Shown one piece after another: positions 19,365-29,936 of a stretch of 64,000 bases of DNA (position 1 is its first letter; each line of letters starts with the position of its first letter). Source of the stretch: Promethearchaeota archaeon (GTDB lineage: Archaea > Asgardarchaeota > Lokiarchaeia > Sigyniarchaeales > SOKP01); NCBI GenBank assembly GCA_019058365.1, contig JAHPZE010000008.1, positions 64,001 through 128,000 on the forward strand, in the 5' to 3' direction. The translations under genes and the position numbers were made by a program. Under the pieces are notes generated by a model. The model worked only from the letters and a program-made list of their open reading frames with translations. It ran no database searches and was not told the origin of the DNA.

Positions 19365-20819
19365 ATGACAGACGAATTTAAAGGAGAAGAAAAGGAAGGC
19401 AAGTCGGAAAGGGAAACGGACAGAGTTGATAAGGAATTTTTATCTAAAGCTAAAAACTCAAGAGATATGATAGATAAAAAATTAAGAACATTTGAAAATA
19501 GCATTGAAGATATATCAGAGACCATAACAAATGGAGAAGCAGTAGAAAAGAAAGAGACTGAGACGAAAGCTATCGAAGAAATTAGCGAAGAGATAAAAGA
19601 AGCTCAAGAAAAACTTAATTCTATTACTAAAAAGGTAGATGACAAAGAGGAATATCTTAGTGCGATAGAAGATACAATAAAACAGCTTGAGGAAAAATAT
19701 AATAGTAAAACTGATGAGATGAATAATTTAGAGGAAAGACTAAGCATTACTACAGAAAGTAAAGAGAATTTAGAACAAGAATATATGGAACTTTTGAAAA
19801 ATAATGAACAATTAGTAAAACAGTATGAAACAAGACAAGTAGATTTAATTGTACTTACAGATTCAATAAAAGAAAAGGTTACTACTCAAGATGAACTTCG
19901 CACTAAATTATCTAAAATGAATCAAGAGATTCAAACAGGTGAAGACTTACTTGAAAAGCAAAGAGAAGAAGCGGAAGCAATAGAAAAGAAATTAAAGAGT
20001 CAACGAGCTGAAAATGAGACTTTGCGAGTCTCTATTAGCAAGAATAAAATTGAATTAGAACATTCGAATTCTGAAATTGAAGCAAAAGAAGAAGAAAAAA
20101 ATCTGCTTACTGAACAAATTGATAAAAAAGAAAGAAGAATTAAAGAAATTGAATCAAGACTCGAAGAATACAAAGAAGGTTTTCCTGAAATGGAAAAACA
20201 AAGAGAAACATATGAGGAACTTCTTGCTAAATATAAAATACAGTTAGCTGATAAACAACAACAAATGATAGAGATTGAATCCCGTATACAAGAACTTAAT
20301 GGCACAGCTAATTCTTTGATTGAACAAATCATTTCAAAGGAAAATTTAATCGAAGCTAATGAAAAACGAGTAGCTGAATTAAAAAAAGGCATTGAAACAT
20401 CAAATACTGAATATATTGAACGAGAGAAGCGCTTAGAAGCATTAACAGAAAAATTAAAACGTCTGGAAACTGATCAAGAGAAATTAAGTAAAGCAAAAGA
20501 AGCAATTGAAAGCAGTACCAATGATTCTAGAGCAATCTTGCAAAAACTAAAAATAGAATTAGAAAGTCAAGAGAAAGAGATTAGAGATAAGGAAAGCAGA
20601 ATTCATAGATTAGAAGTTTTATCAGCTATTTATCGTGCTTCTAAATTTTTTGGAGGTATCTTAATTGGTGTTGGTATTTTTTTCATAATATGGGCTATGG
20701 GTGTATTTTTTAATATCATTGATCTAGGTAATTTAAATAACTACTTAATGAGTTTATTCTTATTAATTGGTGCTATAGTATCTATTATTTCAGGTATATT
20801 TCATTTAGAAAAATCGTAA
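19365..20819 (+). CDS. Long coiled-coil protein with two C-terminal TM helices
   Basis: ~400 aa E/K-rich heptads then two hydrophobic segments; no ATPase motifs. Confidence 0.75.
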   Translation: MTDEFKGEEKEGKSERETDRVDKEFLSKAKNSRDMIDKKLRTFENSIEDISETITNGEAVEKKETETKAIEEISEEIKEAQEKLNSITKKVDDKEEYLSAIEDTIKQLEEKYNSKTDEMNNLEERLSITTESKENLEQEYMELLKNNEQLVKQYETRQVDLIVLTDSIKEKVTTQDELRTKLSKMNQEIQTGEDLLEKQREEAEAIEKKLKSQRAENETLRVSISKNKIELEHSNSEIEAKEEEKNLLTEQIDKKERRIKEIESRLEEYKEGFPEMEKQRETYEELLAKYKIQLADKQQQMIEIESRIQELNGTANSLIEQIISKENLIEANEKRVAELKKGIETSNTEYIEREKRLEALTEKLKRLETDQEKLSKAKEAIESSTNDSRAILQKLKIELESQEKEIRDKESRIHRLEVLSAIYRASKFFGGILIGVGIFFIIWAMGVFFNIIDLGNLNNYLMSLFLLIGAIVSIISGIFHLEKS

Positions 20820-20882
20820 TATATTAAATTCATATCATAATATTGTAATTTTTAATTTGAACATTAATTAAATGAGATAAAT

Positions 20883-22772
20883 TTGACTGAAAAAGAGCAA
20901 AAAAGAATTCTTCCAACACGAACTATTGGATTATGGGCAGGTGTTTTATATGGGATTGGTTGTGGAATTGGAGGATCAATATTTATCTTATTAGGATCAG
21001 CAATAAATGACGCGGGATCTGGTGTATTAATTAGTCTATCTCTTGGAGGAATTTTGATATTTTTTACTGCTTTAAATTCTAGTGAACTATCAACTAGTTT
21101 GCCTATTTCTGGTGGTGCATATAATTTCAGTAAAGAAGCATTAGGAGGATTCCTTGCTTTTATAATTGGCTTTTTTCTATGGATTGCTAATATAGCATCA
21201 TTTTCATTTTCAGCTCAAGCTTTAGCAATCGTTATTCAAGAATTTTTTAATTTACCCTTTTATATACCCTTTATTCTATTAATAGCAATTGTATCAATAT
21301 TGTTCATCGCGATTGTGGTATTCAGAACCCAAAAATTAGCACTAAGGACCTTAATTACTTTGACAATAATTCAATTGATAATTTTTGGTATATTTATTTT
21401 TGCAGGTTTAATTATTGCGCCAAATATTAATTTACCAAGTTATAATCCAAGTTTTTTACATTCAGATTTAGATTTTTTTAGGATTATTTTTGTTTTTGCA
21501 TCTACCTTCATTTTTTTTGCAAGTATTATCTCAAACTTGGCATACTTAAATGCAGACTTAAAAAATCCCTCGAGAAGTATTCCTAAAGTTAATATTCTCG
21601 CAATTATGATAACATTGAGCATATATCTTTTAACCACTTTTACTGTACTGATTAATCTTGGAAATAAACAATCAGAGTTAGGTAAATCCTCTATTTTATT
21701 AACATTAATAAGTGGTGATATAATGGGTTTTCCAGGATATTTGCTTATGGGTATAGCCGCTATAATTTCGACATTTATTATGATGAATGCTGCTTTAGGT
21801 TCTGCGATAGCAGTCTTTAGTGCTCTTGCTAGGGATCATTATGTATCGCAGAAATTTTTAAAAGTAAATAAAAAAACAAATGTACAACCTTATATTTTAA
21901 TCCTAACGTCTTTAATTACAATTTCATTTACTATATTAGCTTTAACATTCGCTAATATTGGATTTTCTGCCAACATTACTACATTTATTTATTTCATAGG
22001 ATTAGCATTTATAAACTTTGCCGCAGTTAATCTACGACGTAAGAGAAAAGAACTTGATAGACCTTTTAAAGCTCCATTTTATCCCTATTTACCAGTGATC
22101 GTTATGTCTTTCTATCTAATACTTGCTTTATTCTTAGATATAAGTGCAATCTTCTTAGGATTAATTATTTTAAGTATTGGAATAACATATTACTTACTTA
22201 CAATTGCAGATCGTCATTCAATCATTCTAACCCTAGCTGGATTAAAATTTTTTGCTATAATTTTAGTTGGAATCTTTATTTGGGTATTAAATAATTTAAG
22301 CGTTCTAAATTCACCAATACCTGGAATTGCTGCTGTTTTTTCATTTATCTTATTACGCATTTTAATTGTTATTTGTTTTTTTATAATTGGCACTATTTTC
22401 TTTGATGTTATTCCATTAAAACAAGTAGTATATTTTTTTATCAAAAAGATCAATAAAGATGAAGTAGCCATAGATATAGGAATTGGACGAATCATCGAAC
22501 TCAAAAAAGTTAAAGCAAAATCTATTTATTATGCGAATATCATTATTGGCATTATTCAAATTATTTCTGCAATTTTCATTTTTGCTTTAGTCTCCTTATT
22601 TGTATATGAGATAATTTCAATTGATAGTATTACTATTGGTAGTACGGTTATAGCTCAAGCAACTGGAGAATATTTATTTCTATCTCTTTTGGTCTTTCTT
22701 GGTGCGACATTATTGTTTAGTGGACCCTTTAATTTATACATTAATAAAGAAACAAAGACATTGGGAATATAA
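20883..22772 (+). CDS. APC-family amino acid permease with extra C-terminal TMs
   Basis: GCGIGGSIF, ELSTSLPISGGAY, LKNPSRSIP, RPFKAPFYP. Confidence 0.88.
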   Translation: MTEKEQKRILPTRTIGLWAGVLYGIGCGIGGSIFILLGSAINDAGSGVLISLSLGGILIFFTALNSSELSTSLPISGGAYNFSKEALGGFLAFIIGFFLWIANIASFSFSAQALAIVIQEFFNLPFYIPFILLIAIVSILFIAIVVFRTQKLALRTLITLTIIQLIIFGIFIFAGLIIAPNINLPSYNPSFLHSDLDFFRIIFVFASTFIFFASIISNLAYLNADLKNPSRSIPKVNILAIMITLSIYLLTTFTVLINLGNKQSELGKSSILLTLISGDIMGFPGYLLMGIAAIISTFIMMNAALGSAIAVFSALARDHYVSQKFLKVNKKTNVQPYILILTSLITISFTILALTFANIGFSANITTFIYFIGLAFINFAAVNLRRKRKELDRPFKAPFYPYLPVIVMSFYLILALFLDISAIFLGLIILSIGITYYLLTIADRHSIILTLAGLKFFAIILVGIFIWVLNNLSVLNSPIPGIAAVFSFILLRILIVICFFIIGTIFFDVIPLKQVVYFFIKKINKDEVAIDIGIGRIIELKKVKAKSIYYANIIIGIIQIISAIFIFALVSLFVYEIISIDSITIGSTVIAQATGEYLFLSLLVFLGATLLFSGPFNLYINKETKTLGI

Positions 22773-22798
22773 TCTGTTCCTTTTTATCTATAAGAAAA

Positions 22799-23533
22799 AT
22801 GCAATTTCCAAAAATTAATCTCCATATTCATTCGAATTATTCTGATGGAAAACAAACAATTAAACGAATTATAGAAAAAGCAATTGAGCTAGAATTAGAT
22901 TATATTGCTATAACAGATCATTTTACTAACTCTTGGAAAGCGTGGGTATCGACTCTGAAGAATTCTGACATAATTTCGACTTATCTAGACGAAATTTCAA
23001 GTTGTCAGGAATATTTATCAGCAAATAATAAACAATTAACTCTTCTAAAAGGCATAGAAGTAGATCTTTCTAGCTCTATGCAATTTATACAAAAGTATAT
23101 TCAAGCAGATAAATTTGATCTGATTTTGTTTGAGTATCTTCAAAGCCCTGAGTCAATCGCTTTTATTGAAAATTTAATTTATTATTGGAAATTAACAAAT
23201 TTAGATAAATTCGCAATATTTGGCTTAGCACATTTCGATCCTTCTTATTTCATTATGGGAAACCTTGATACTTTAATGTTATTTCTCATAAAACATAACA
23301 TTTATTTTGAATTTAACTCAAGCTATCCTTCATTTTATTCTCCTAAATATGAACGATTTTTTGAAAAATTAAGAGAATATGAAATTCCTGTTGCAATTGG
23401 ATGTGATTCTCATGACCTAAGAACTCTGGATAATATTGATGAACCTTTTGAGATGATAAAGTATTATAACCTTGAAAGAAACTTCGAAATTCTCATAAAT
23501 TTATTAGATATAAAAAATCATAAAAAAAACTAA
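22799..23533 (+). CDS. PHP-domain phosphoesterase
   Basis: NLHIHSNYSDG, IAITDH, GIEVD, LAH, GCDSH. Confidence 0.9.
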   Translation: MQFPKINLHIHSNYSDGKQTIKRIIEKAIELELDYIAITDHFTNSWKAWVSTLKNSDIISTYLDEISSCQEYLSANNKQLTLLKGIEVDLSSSMQFIQKYIQADKFDLILFEYLQSPESIAFIENLIYYWKLTNLDKFAIFGLAHFDPSYFIMGNLDTLMLFLIKHNIYFEFNSSYPSFYSPKYERFFEKLREYEIPVAIGCDSHDLRTLDNIDEPFEMIKYYNLERNFEILINLLDIKNHKKN

Positions 23534-23578
23534 TTTTCAAAATAAATTTATAATCATTTGTTTTTTACTTGGAACTGT

Positions 23579-23983
23579 TCAGAAACAATTTTTATTTAAA
23601 TAATTAAGATAATATTTAAATGCTTTTTCAAATGCAATGTCAATAATAATCTCACCTGTAGATTTGGGATCTTCTAACATTCTTTTTAAAATATTTCTCC
23701 CAAAGTAAAATATCTCCTTAATCGCATTTAACCTTATCCCAATTGGCATTTCTGCTATTTTAGCTATAGTTTTATTATTCTTTAGTTGCCAATCTCTTAA
23801 TGCATTCCAAACGATACCTCTAATAGCAGATTTAGGAATTTTTATGATAAGATATAAAAATGTGGATATTTCATCAATAAATTTGGATTGATATACCGTA
23901 CATTCAATATTTTCATAATCTTTTTCAGTATGCTTTAAAGCTTCCATATCAAAATTAATAGTATATGATAAAATATTCCTCAA
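23579..23983 (-). CDS. Hypothetical protein (start uncertain)
   Basis: Only long ORF in the interval; no recognised motif. Confidence 0.5.
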   Translation of the reverse strand: MRNILSYTINFDMEALKHTEKDYENIECTVYQSKFIDEISTFLYLIIKIPKSAIRGIVWNALRDWQLKNNKTIAKIAEMPIGIRLNAIKEIFYFGRNILKRMLEDPKSTGEIIIDIAFEKAFKYYLNYLNKNCF

Positions 23984-24188
23984 CCTCTGTTATACCAATT
24001 AAAATATCAAATAAGTTCTATTTAAACTTTAATTAAAACAAAAATTTATAAGGCGTTATATTAACTGCTCAATTTATTTAAATACAATCTCTATCGATCA
24101 ATCCTTTAAAAAAATCTATATAAAATACTCTTTTTTTTAGTATCAAAAAAAAAAAGATTTTAATATTTTACAGTAGAAAAATATTAAC

Positions 24189-25448
24189 ATGAGAGATAAT
24201 AAAAAAGTAAGCAGAAAGTTTTTCTCCTATTTTAAATATATGATTTTTATCTTAATATTTGTTGAAATACTTGATACGTATACAACAAATAATCTAAATG
24301 TTGTAGTTTCCGAAATATCTGGAGAATTTTTTCCAGATTTATCCTCGAATGCAGCAATCTCAATTTTTCAAATTTTTGTAGCTATAGGAACATTGGGAAT
24401 GTATTTAGTATTTTTAAATCAGTATTTAGCTGATAGAGTAGGAAGAAAATTACTCTTAGTCTTTACTGTCTTTGGAATGGGATTTGCTTCCTTACTAATT
24501 AATTTCTCAACTAACATAATCACGTATACTATTTTTTTGTTTTTATTGTATTTTTTCTTCAATTCAGATATATGGGTAATATATATTAATGAAGAGAGCC
24601 CTTCTGATAAAAGAGCTTTTTATACAAACTTAGTTCTGATTGGAGGAGTTGTGGGGGCGTTATTAATACCGGCATTTCATGATATTATTATAAATTGGAG
24701 AGGTATGACATATTTCTCAATATTATTAGGGATTCCATTAAGCATAATCATCTTCTTTACTTTTAAAGAAACTTCAAAGTATCTAGAAATAAAGGAAGAT
24801 AACTCCTTATTAACACAAAAACCAAAAACGTTTAAAGAAAATATAAAGAAAATCTTTAAATCTTCTCGAAGAAAGGAATTTATCGTAATTCTTATTATAA
24901 GTTTGATAATAGGTCTGAATAATCTCTTCATTTTAGTGGGAGAGGATTTTTTATCTGATAATTTTACTAAGGAAGATGTTGATACAGTTATCTGGGTGAT
25001 GGGAATTGCATCTATAATAGGATATCTTATTACTGGAGTAACTGCTGATAGAATTGGAAGAAGACCCTTATGCTATCTCTATTCTATTCTATTTCCTATC
25101 TCTATTTTTATTATTGTTCTTGGAGTTAATTTTTCGGAAGGTGCTTTAACAATGATTATGATTGGAGCAGGATTAGCAAATTTATCATATTGGGGACTTC
25201 GTGTTTTAATTAGTATTATAGCATTAGAAATTATACCTACTCAATCAAGAGGGACTGGAGTGGGATTAAAAACATTAACAAGTTCAGTTGGTATAACAGT
25301 AGGACTTATATTAAGTAGCATAATTACATTCACTCAAGGATTAGAACTGTCTTTTTTCATCTTTAGTTTATTATTCATTGGTGTCTTTTTCTTAGTTTTA
25401 GTATTTTTAAAGGAAACTAAAGGTGTGAATTTAAGCGATATTGAATAA
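24189..25448 (+). CDS. MFS transporter
   Basis: LADRVGRK and ADRIGRR motif A, EESPSDKRA, EIIPTQSRG, KETKG. Confidence 0.92.
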   Translation: MRDNKKVSRKFFSYFKYMIFILIFVEILDTYTTNNLNVVVSEISGEFFPDLSSNAAISIFQIFVAIGTLGMYLVFLNQYLADRVGRKLLLVFTVFGMGFASLLINFSTNIITYTIFLFLLYFFFNSDIWVIYINEESPSDKRAFYTNLVLIGGVVGALLIPAFHDIIINWRGMTYFSILLGIPLSIIIFFTFKETSKYLEIKEDNSLLTQKPKTFKENIKKIFKSSRRKEFIVILIISLIIGLNNLFILVGEDFLSDNFTKEDVDTVIWVMGIASIIGYLITGVTADRIGRRPLCYLYSILFPISIFIIVLGVNFSEGALTMIMIGAGLANLSYWGLRVLISIIALEIIPTQSRGTGVGLKTLTSSVGITVGLILSSIITFTQGLELSFFIFSLLFIGVFFLVLVFLKETKGVNLSDIE

Positions 25449-25483
25449 GTATTACAAAAATCTTTTTAAAGTCTATTATTTTT

Positions 25484-25692
25484 ATGTTTTTTAAAGATTT
25501 TGAAGAAAAAATTGATTTAGCTGCTAAATGAATAGCTGAATCAGAACGATTAGTAATTTTTACTGGTGCAAGAATTTCTACTGGGAGCGGATTATCTGAT
25601 TATAGAGGCCCAGATGGCGTTTGGACTAGACAGGATAAAGGACTTTCTCCTCCAAAGAGCCCTCCTTGGGATCAAGTGAAACCTAATCCTAA
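25484..25692 (+). pseudogene. Degenerate 5' fragment of sirtuin (paralogous to 28874-29086)
   Basis: High nucleotide similarity to the start of the intact gene; TGG->TGA at 25529-25531, GAGIS->GARIS; truncated after KPNPN. Confidence 0.88.
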
Positions 25693-25770
25693 TTATTCAT
25701 TGCAGTATTTTTCCTAGTTCTCATATTTCTAAAAGAAACTAAAGGTGTAGATTTAAGTAAGATTGAATAG
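25693..25770 (+). pseudogene. Orphan 3' end of an MFS paralogue
   Basis: Reads LFIAVFFLVLIFLKETKGVDLSKIE* versus LFIGVFFLVLVFLKETKGVNLSDIE* at the end of 24189-25448. Confidence 0.8.
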
Positions 25771-25876
25771 TTAATTTATATCTAATAATAAAAATAATTC
25801 TTTTGAAGAAACAAATTTATTTATAATACCATTTCATTAAATTATTTTAGATTTTTAAGTTCAATAATGATAATTA

Positions 25877-26476
25877 ATGTATCGGTTTAAAGTGATATTA
25901 GCTGGAGATAAAAATGTAGGAAAGAGTTCTCTTATTTCTCGCTTTTGTGATAATAATTTTGATGAACGTATAAAAGAAACTATAGGTGTTGCATTTAAAA
26001 GAAAAAAAGTTATTGTAATGGATAACAACAGTGAAGTTGCTTTAGATTTAAATATATGGGATTTTGGAGGAGAGGAAAAATATCGTACATTATTTCCTCC
26101 GTATGCTAATGGTGCAGCTGCAGCATTGATTTTATTTGATACTACAAATGAAAAATCTCTAGATGGTATAGCAAATTGGGTAAAAATTATCGAAGACAAT
26201 TCTATGCCAAATGTGGTAAAATTATTAATTGCCACTAAAATCGATTTAAAGGAAAAAAGAGAAGTATCTATAAAAAAAGCAATGGAATATTGTAATAATT
26301 ATGATTGGTGCAAGGAAATTGTTAAAACTTCATCAAAATCGGGAGAAAATGTTGAAGAAACATTCTTAACCGTTGCTAAGAATTTATTGAAAAGAAATTT
26401 GCAGAAATGTGAAGCTTGTGGGGCATTTTTTAGCATAAAATTGAAATTCTGTACTATTTGCGGCAAAAAAAATTAA
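25877..26476 (+). CDS. Rab-like small GTPase with C-terminal zinc ribbon
   Basis: GDKNVGKSS, ETIGVAF, WDFGGE, TKID, SSKSG; CEAC...FCTICG. Confidence 0.92.
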   Translation: MYRFKVILAGDKNVGKSSLISRFCDNNFDERIKETIGVAFKRKKVIVMDNNSEVALDLNIWDFGGEEKYRTLFPPYANGAAAALILFDTTNEKSLDGIANWVKIIEDNSMPNVVKLLIATKIDLKEKREVSIKKAMEYCNNYDWCKEIVKTSSKSGENVEETFLTVAKNLLKRNLQKCEACGAFFSIKLKFCTICGKKN

Positions 26477-26502
26477 ATGGATGTAAGTCCTATTTAAAAA
26501 TT

Positions 26503-27309
26503 TTATAAATCTTCTTCTTCTCTATTATAAAGAGAAGGGGGTATTTTTACTTTTTCTAAGGGTCTAGTTTTAATCCTATCAATAAAAGTTTCTAGTTCCA
26601 TTTTAGCATTAGTTATAGAAGATTCTATTTCCTTATTTACTAATTCTTCTCCAATGAGATAATTTCCATGACCTGGATAAAAACTATCTATTTTAAGAGT
26701 ATTTAATATTTGAAGCGAATTGATATACTCTGAAATTGAACCGGATTCATAAATATTCGTAATTCTTCCTTTAAATAATGTATCTCCTGAAAATAAATAA
26801 TGTTTAAATGGTTCATAAAGACATATACATCCAGATGTATGGCCTGGTGTTTCAATTACTTTTAATATGGTATTTCCTAAATCTATTATATTTCTATCTT
26901 CAAACCAAATGTTTATAGTTAAATTTGTTAAATCTACTCCCCATTTCTTTCCTTTAGTTATCAACTCATCACTATACTGGATTTTTACTGCTGCCCACCT
27001 ATGTGCTGCTGTAATACAGTGAAAGTAGGCGTTTGAACTGATATGATCAAAATGTTCATGTGTATTGATAACAAGATTAATTTCTTCTAATTTTAAACCT
27101 ATTTCTGTAGTAAGTAAATAATTAAAACTATTGAATTTTGTAATAATACCAGTGTCTATAAGTACATTTAATTCATCACCTACTATTAAATAAACATGAC
27201 AACCAGGTCCTGCAGAGTAAAATTGGTAAACATTAGGAGTTAAATGGTTTAATATATATCCTGATTTACCATATAAATCATCTTCTTTGATTAAATGAGG
27301 TTTAAACAT
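26503..27309 (-). CDS. Metallo-beta-lactamase-fold hydrolase
   Basis: THEHFDH, TPGHT, FSGDTLF, PGHG. Confidence 0.92.
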   Translation of the reverse strand: MFKPHLIKEDDLYGKSGYILNHLTPNVYQFYSAGPGCHVYLIVGDELNVLIDTGIITKFNSFNYLLTTEIGLKLEEINLVINTHEHFDHISSNAYFHCITAAHRWAAVKIQYSDELITKGKKWGVDLTNLTINIWFEDRNIIDLGNTILKVIETPGHTSGCICLYEPFKHYLFSGDTLFKGRITNIYESGSISEYINSLQILNTLKIDSFYPGHGNYLIGEELVNKEIESSITNAKMELETFIDRIKTRPLEKVKIPPSLYNREEEDL

Positions 27310-27516
27310 ATTTTTTTAACCTATTAATTGTAGATTTCAATTTATTTCATTTTTTATTTAAATAACTAATGAAAAGAGTTAAAAAAAGTTTAGATAAAAA
27401 TACAATTTTCAATCTACAATTTGTCAACATAATTTTAAATAAAATGTAAAATATTTTCTTTTACTTAAAATTATAATTCCTATAACCCCCTTAATTAAAA
27501 AGGAGGGCAAAATAAA

Positions 27517-28719
27517 ATGGTTGATATAAGTGATATTAGAAATATTGCAGTTATTGGAGCAGGTGTACAAGGACATAAAATAGCTCAAGTTGCTTTGATG
27601 GCTGGGTTTGATAAGGTTATTCTTAATAGTAGAACAATGCAATCGATTGAAAGAGCAGTAGATCAGATAATTAATAGTAAATCTGTAGGTTTAAAATTAC
27701 TTGAATCTAAGGGGCTTTTGAAAGAAGATCAAACTACTGAAATCCTAATGAGTAAATTGGTTAAAGAAACTGACTTAAAGAAAGCAGTACAAGATGCAGA
27801 TTTTGTAATTGAAGCTGTACCAGAAATTTTAAAATTAAAACAAGAGATTTTTAAAAAAATGGGAGAATTTTCACCAGATGAAACAATCTTAGTTTCTGAT
27901 ACATCAACAATGAGTATTACAAAAATAGGAGAATCCTCCGGAAGACCCGAGAGAGTAATGGGGATGCATTTTTTTAGCCCAATGGGAAGCACACTAATTG
28001 AGATTACAAGAGGAGCCGAAACATCTGATAAAACTATGGATATCGGATATAATATTGCTAAAAGATTACCTTGTGAAATGGGAGAAAGAATGGTTATTAG
28101 ACTTGAAAAAGAGTCACCTGGATTTGTAGTAAATAGAGTGATAGGTACTGGAGAAGTATATTTCAAATGGGTTATTGAACAAGCTACTAAGCGGGGGATT
28201 CCTTATGAGCAGGTTGATGCTGATGTCATTAAATTGATGCCTATGGGTTGTTGTTTAATGTGTGATATCATGGGTATAGATACAGTCTATAATTCAATGA
28301 AATATTTTGCTTCAACTTTATCATCTGATTTTGCACCTAGTCCTGTTTTTAAAAATTTAATTGAACAAGGGTGTAAAGGAAAGAAATCTGGTAAAGGATT
28401 TTATGACTGGTCCAAAGGTAAACCAATAATAAATAGAAAGAAAAAAGCTGGTCTCATGGATGTTAAAATAGTTGCAGCAATACATTTAAATGAAGGATGC
28501 AAGCTTCTTGAAGAAGGAATTGTAGATAATTATGAAATCATTGACGATGCAGTCTCTGCTGGATATCATATCCCAGGTCCGTTCAAAGTAGGAAAAAGAT
28601 GGTATAAAAGGCTTTCAAAACTATTAGAATCATTCGCTGAAAAAGCTAATTTAGAATATCTTAAACCTTGTGATCTAATGAAATCTGGAGAATTTCGTAA
28701 GATGAGTAGATCCAGCTAA
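27517..28719 (+). CDS. 3-hydroxyacyl-CoA dehydrogenase (duplicated C-terminal domain)
   Basis: VIGAGVQG, VIEAVPE, SDTS, GMHFFSP, PGFVVNR, GKKSGKGFYDW. Confidence 0.92.
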   Translation: MVDISDIRNIAVIGAGVQGHKIAQVALMAGFDKVILNSRTMQSIERAVDQIINSKSVGLKLLESKGLLKEDQTTEILMSKLVKETDLKKAVQDADFVIEAVPEILKLKQEIFKKMGEFSPDETILVSDTSTMSITKIGESSGRPERVMGMHFFSPMGSTLIEITRGAETSDKTMDIGYNIAKRLPCEMGERMVIRLEKESPGFVVNRVIGTGEVYFKWVIEQATKRGIPYEQVDADVIKLMPMGCCLMCDIMGIDTVYNSMKYFASTLSSDFAPSPVFKNLIEQGCKGKKSGKGFYDWSKGKPIINRKKKAGLMDVKIVAAIHLNEGCKLLEEGIVDNYEIIDDAVSAGYHIPGPFKVGKRWYKRLSKLLESFAEKANLEYLKPCDLMKSGEFRKMSRSS

Positions 28720-28873
28720 AAAGAATTATTGTTTAATATTTAAAAATGAAAATTAATAATTCAGTATCTGTGTTATTTTATCATAATTCCGCTCTCTTTA
28801 GTAGAGAATAAAGTATGAATTTAAGTGATATTGAATAAATATTATAAAAATCTTTTTAAACTCTATTTTTTTT

Positions 28874-29641
28874 ATGTTTTTTATGAATTTTGAAGAAAAA
28901 ATTGATTTAGCTGCTAAATGGATAGCTGAATCAGAGCGATTGGTGGTCTTTACTGGTGCTGGAATTTCTACTGATAGTGGATTACCAGATTATAGAGGCC
29001 CAGATGGCGTTTGGACTCGTCGTGATAAGGGATTACCACCCCCTAAGTCAAAAGTTGCATGGGATCAAGTGAAACCGAATCCTAATCATCATGCAATTGT
29101 AGAGTTAATGAAAATGGGAAAGCTTAATTATCTAATTTCCCAAAATGTAGATGGATTACATGCTAAATCAGGGATTCCTTTTGATATATTAGCCGAACTT
29201 CATGGGAATCAATTTTTCATGAAATGTTTATCATGTAATAAAAAAATGTTATTCGAAGAAGCTAGTTGGGACAAAGATGTATGGGGTCCAGGATATAGAA
29301 CACATCCAGTTCGAGAAGGTCAGCCAAAATGCCCCTTCTGTGAAGGAAGAATAATTTCGAGTATTGTTAATTTCGGTGATCCATTACCATATGACGAACT
29401 CGAAGAATCGATACAACGATCTCAAAATTCTGATGTGTTTTTTGTAATTGGGTCATCCTTAGTAGTTACACCTGCAGCAAATATGCCAGGGATTGCAAAA
29501 CAAAATGGTGCTAAACTGATTCTTTTAAATAAAGGTGATACTCCTTATGATCACGCAGCAGATATAAGGTTTGATAACTTAATTGAAGAAGTACTCCCAC
29601 CAATAATGGAAAAGGTAAAAGAAATAGTAAATAAAAATTAA
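28874..29641 (+). CDS. Sir2-family NAD-dependent protein deacylase
   Basis: TGAGISTDSGLPDYRG, SQNVDGLH, ELHGN, two CxxC, GSSLVV. Confidence 0.95.
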   Translation: MFFMNFEEKIDLAAKWIAESERLVVFTGAGISTDSGLPDYRGPDGVWTRRDKGLPPPKSKVAWDQVKPNPNHHAIVELMKMGKLNYLISQNVDGLHAKSGIPFDILAELHGNQFFMKCLSCNKKMLFEEASWDKDVWGPGYRTHPVREGQPKCPFCEGRIISSIVNFGDPLPYDELEESIQRSQNSDVFFVIGSSLVVTPAANMPGIAKQNGAKLILLNKGDTPYDHAADIRFDNLIEEVLPPIMEKVKEIVNKN

Positions 29642-29692
29642 TAATTTATTGCTCTGTTTTATTTTTTTTTATTATATGATGTGATATTTTCA

Positions 29693-29830
29693 ATGAGAAC
29701 AATAGATGAAAGTCAGATAAAAAAGATAAAAGAATTTATTTTTAAAAATGGTAGACTCCTTGAAAGAAAATTATTTTCATCAAATGAATCCAAATGTAAA
29801 GAGTTCGTATGCTTTTTTAAAAGAATATAA
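29693..29830 (+). pseudogene. Probable truncated gene remnant (MRTIDESQIKKIKEFIFKNGRLLERKLF...)
   Basis: ATG preceded by GTGA; protein-like N-terminus resembling the 'F...N.R.LER.LF' start of longer alpha-barrel hypothetical proteins, ends after 45 aa just before the repeat/island region. Confidence 0.4.
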
Positions 29831-29858
29831 TGTTGAACTGTTTGACGGGCGGATTAGT

Positions 29859-29924
29859 TAAAGAAATCCTAATATCCAAAGAAGTAAAGAAATCCTAATA
29901 TCCAAAGAAGTAAAGAAATCCTAA
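29859..29924. repeat. 26-bp tandem repeat, 2.5 copies (TAAAGAAATCCTAATATCCAAAGAAG)
   Basis: Units at 29859, 29885 and a partial one at 29911, no spacers. Confidence 0.92.
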
Positions 29925-29936
29925 ACCTTAATCTAC

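Noticed and set aside
19365-20819. SMC/Rad50 or SNARE assignment
   Set aside because: No Walker motifs, hinge or zinc hook; no identifiable SNARE motif by eye
25529-25531. Recoded TGA (Trp or Sec) in the sirtuin copy
   Set aside because: The copy also has GAG->GAR damage and is truncated; TGA is a normal stop elsewhere in the window
29859-29924. Possible CRISPR array
   Set aside because: Repeats are head-to-tail with no spacers, and there are no cas genes in the window
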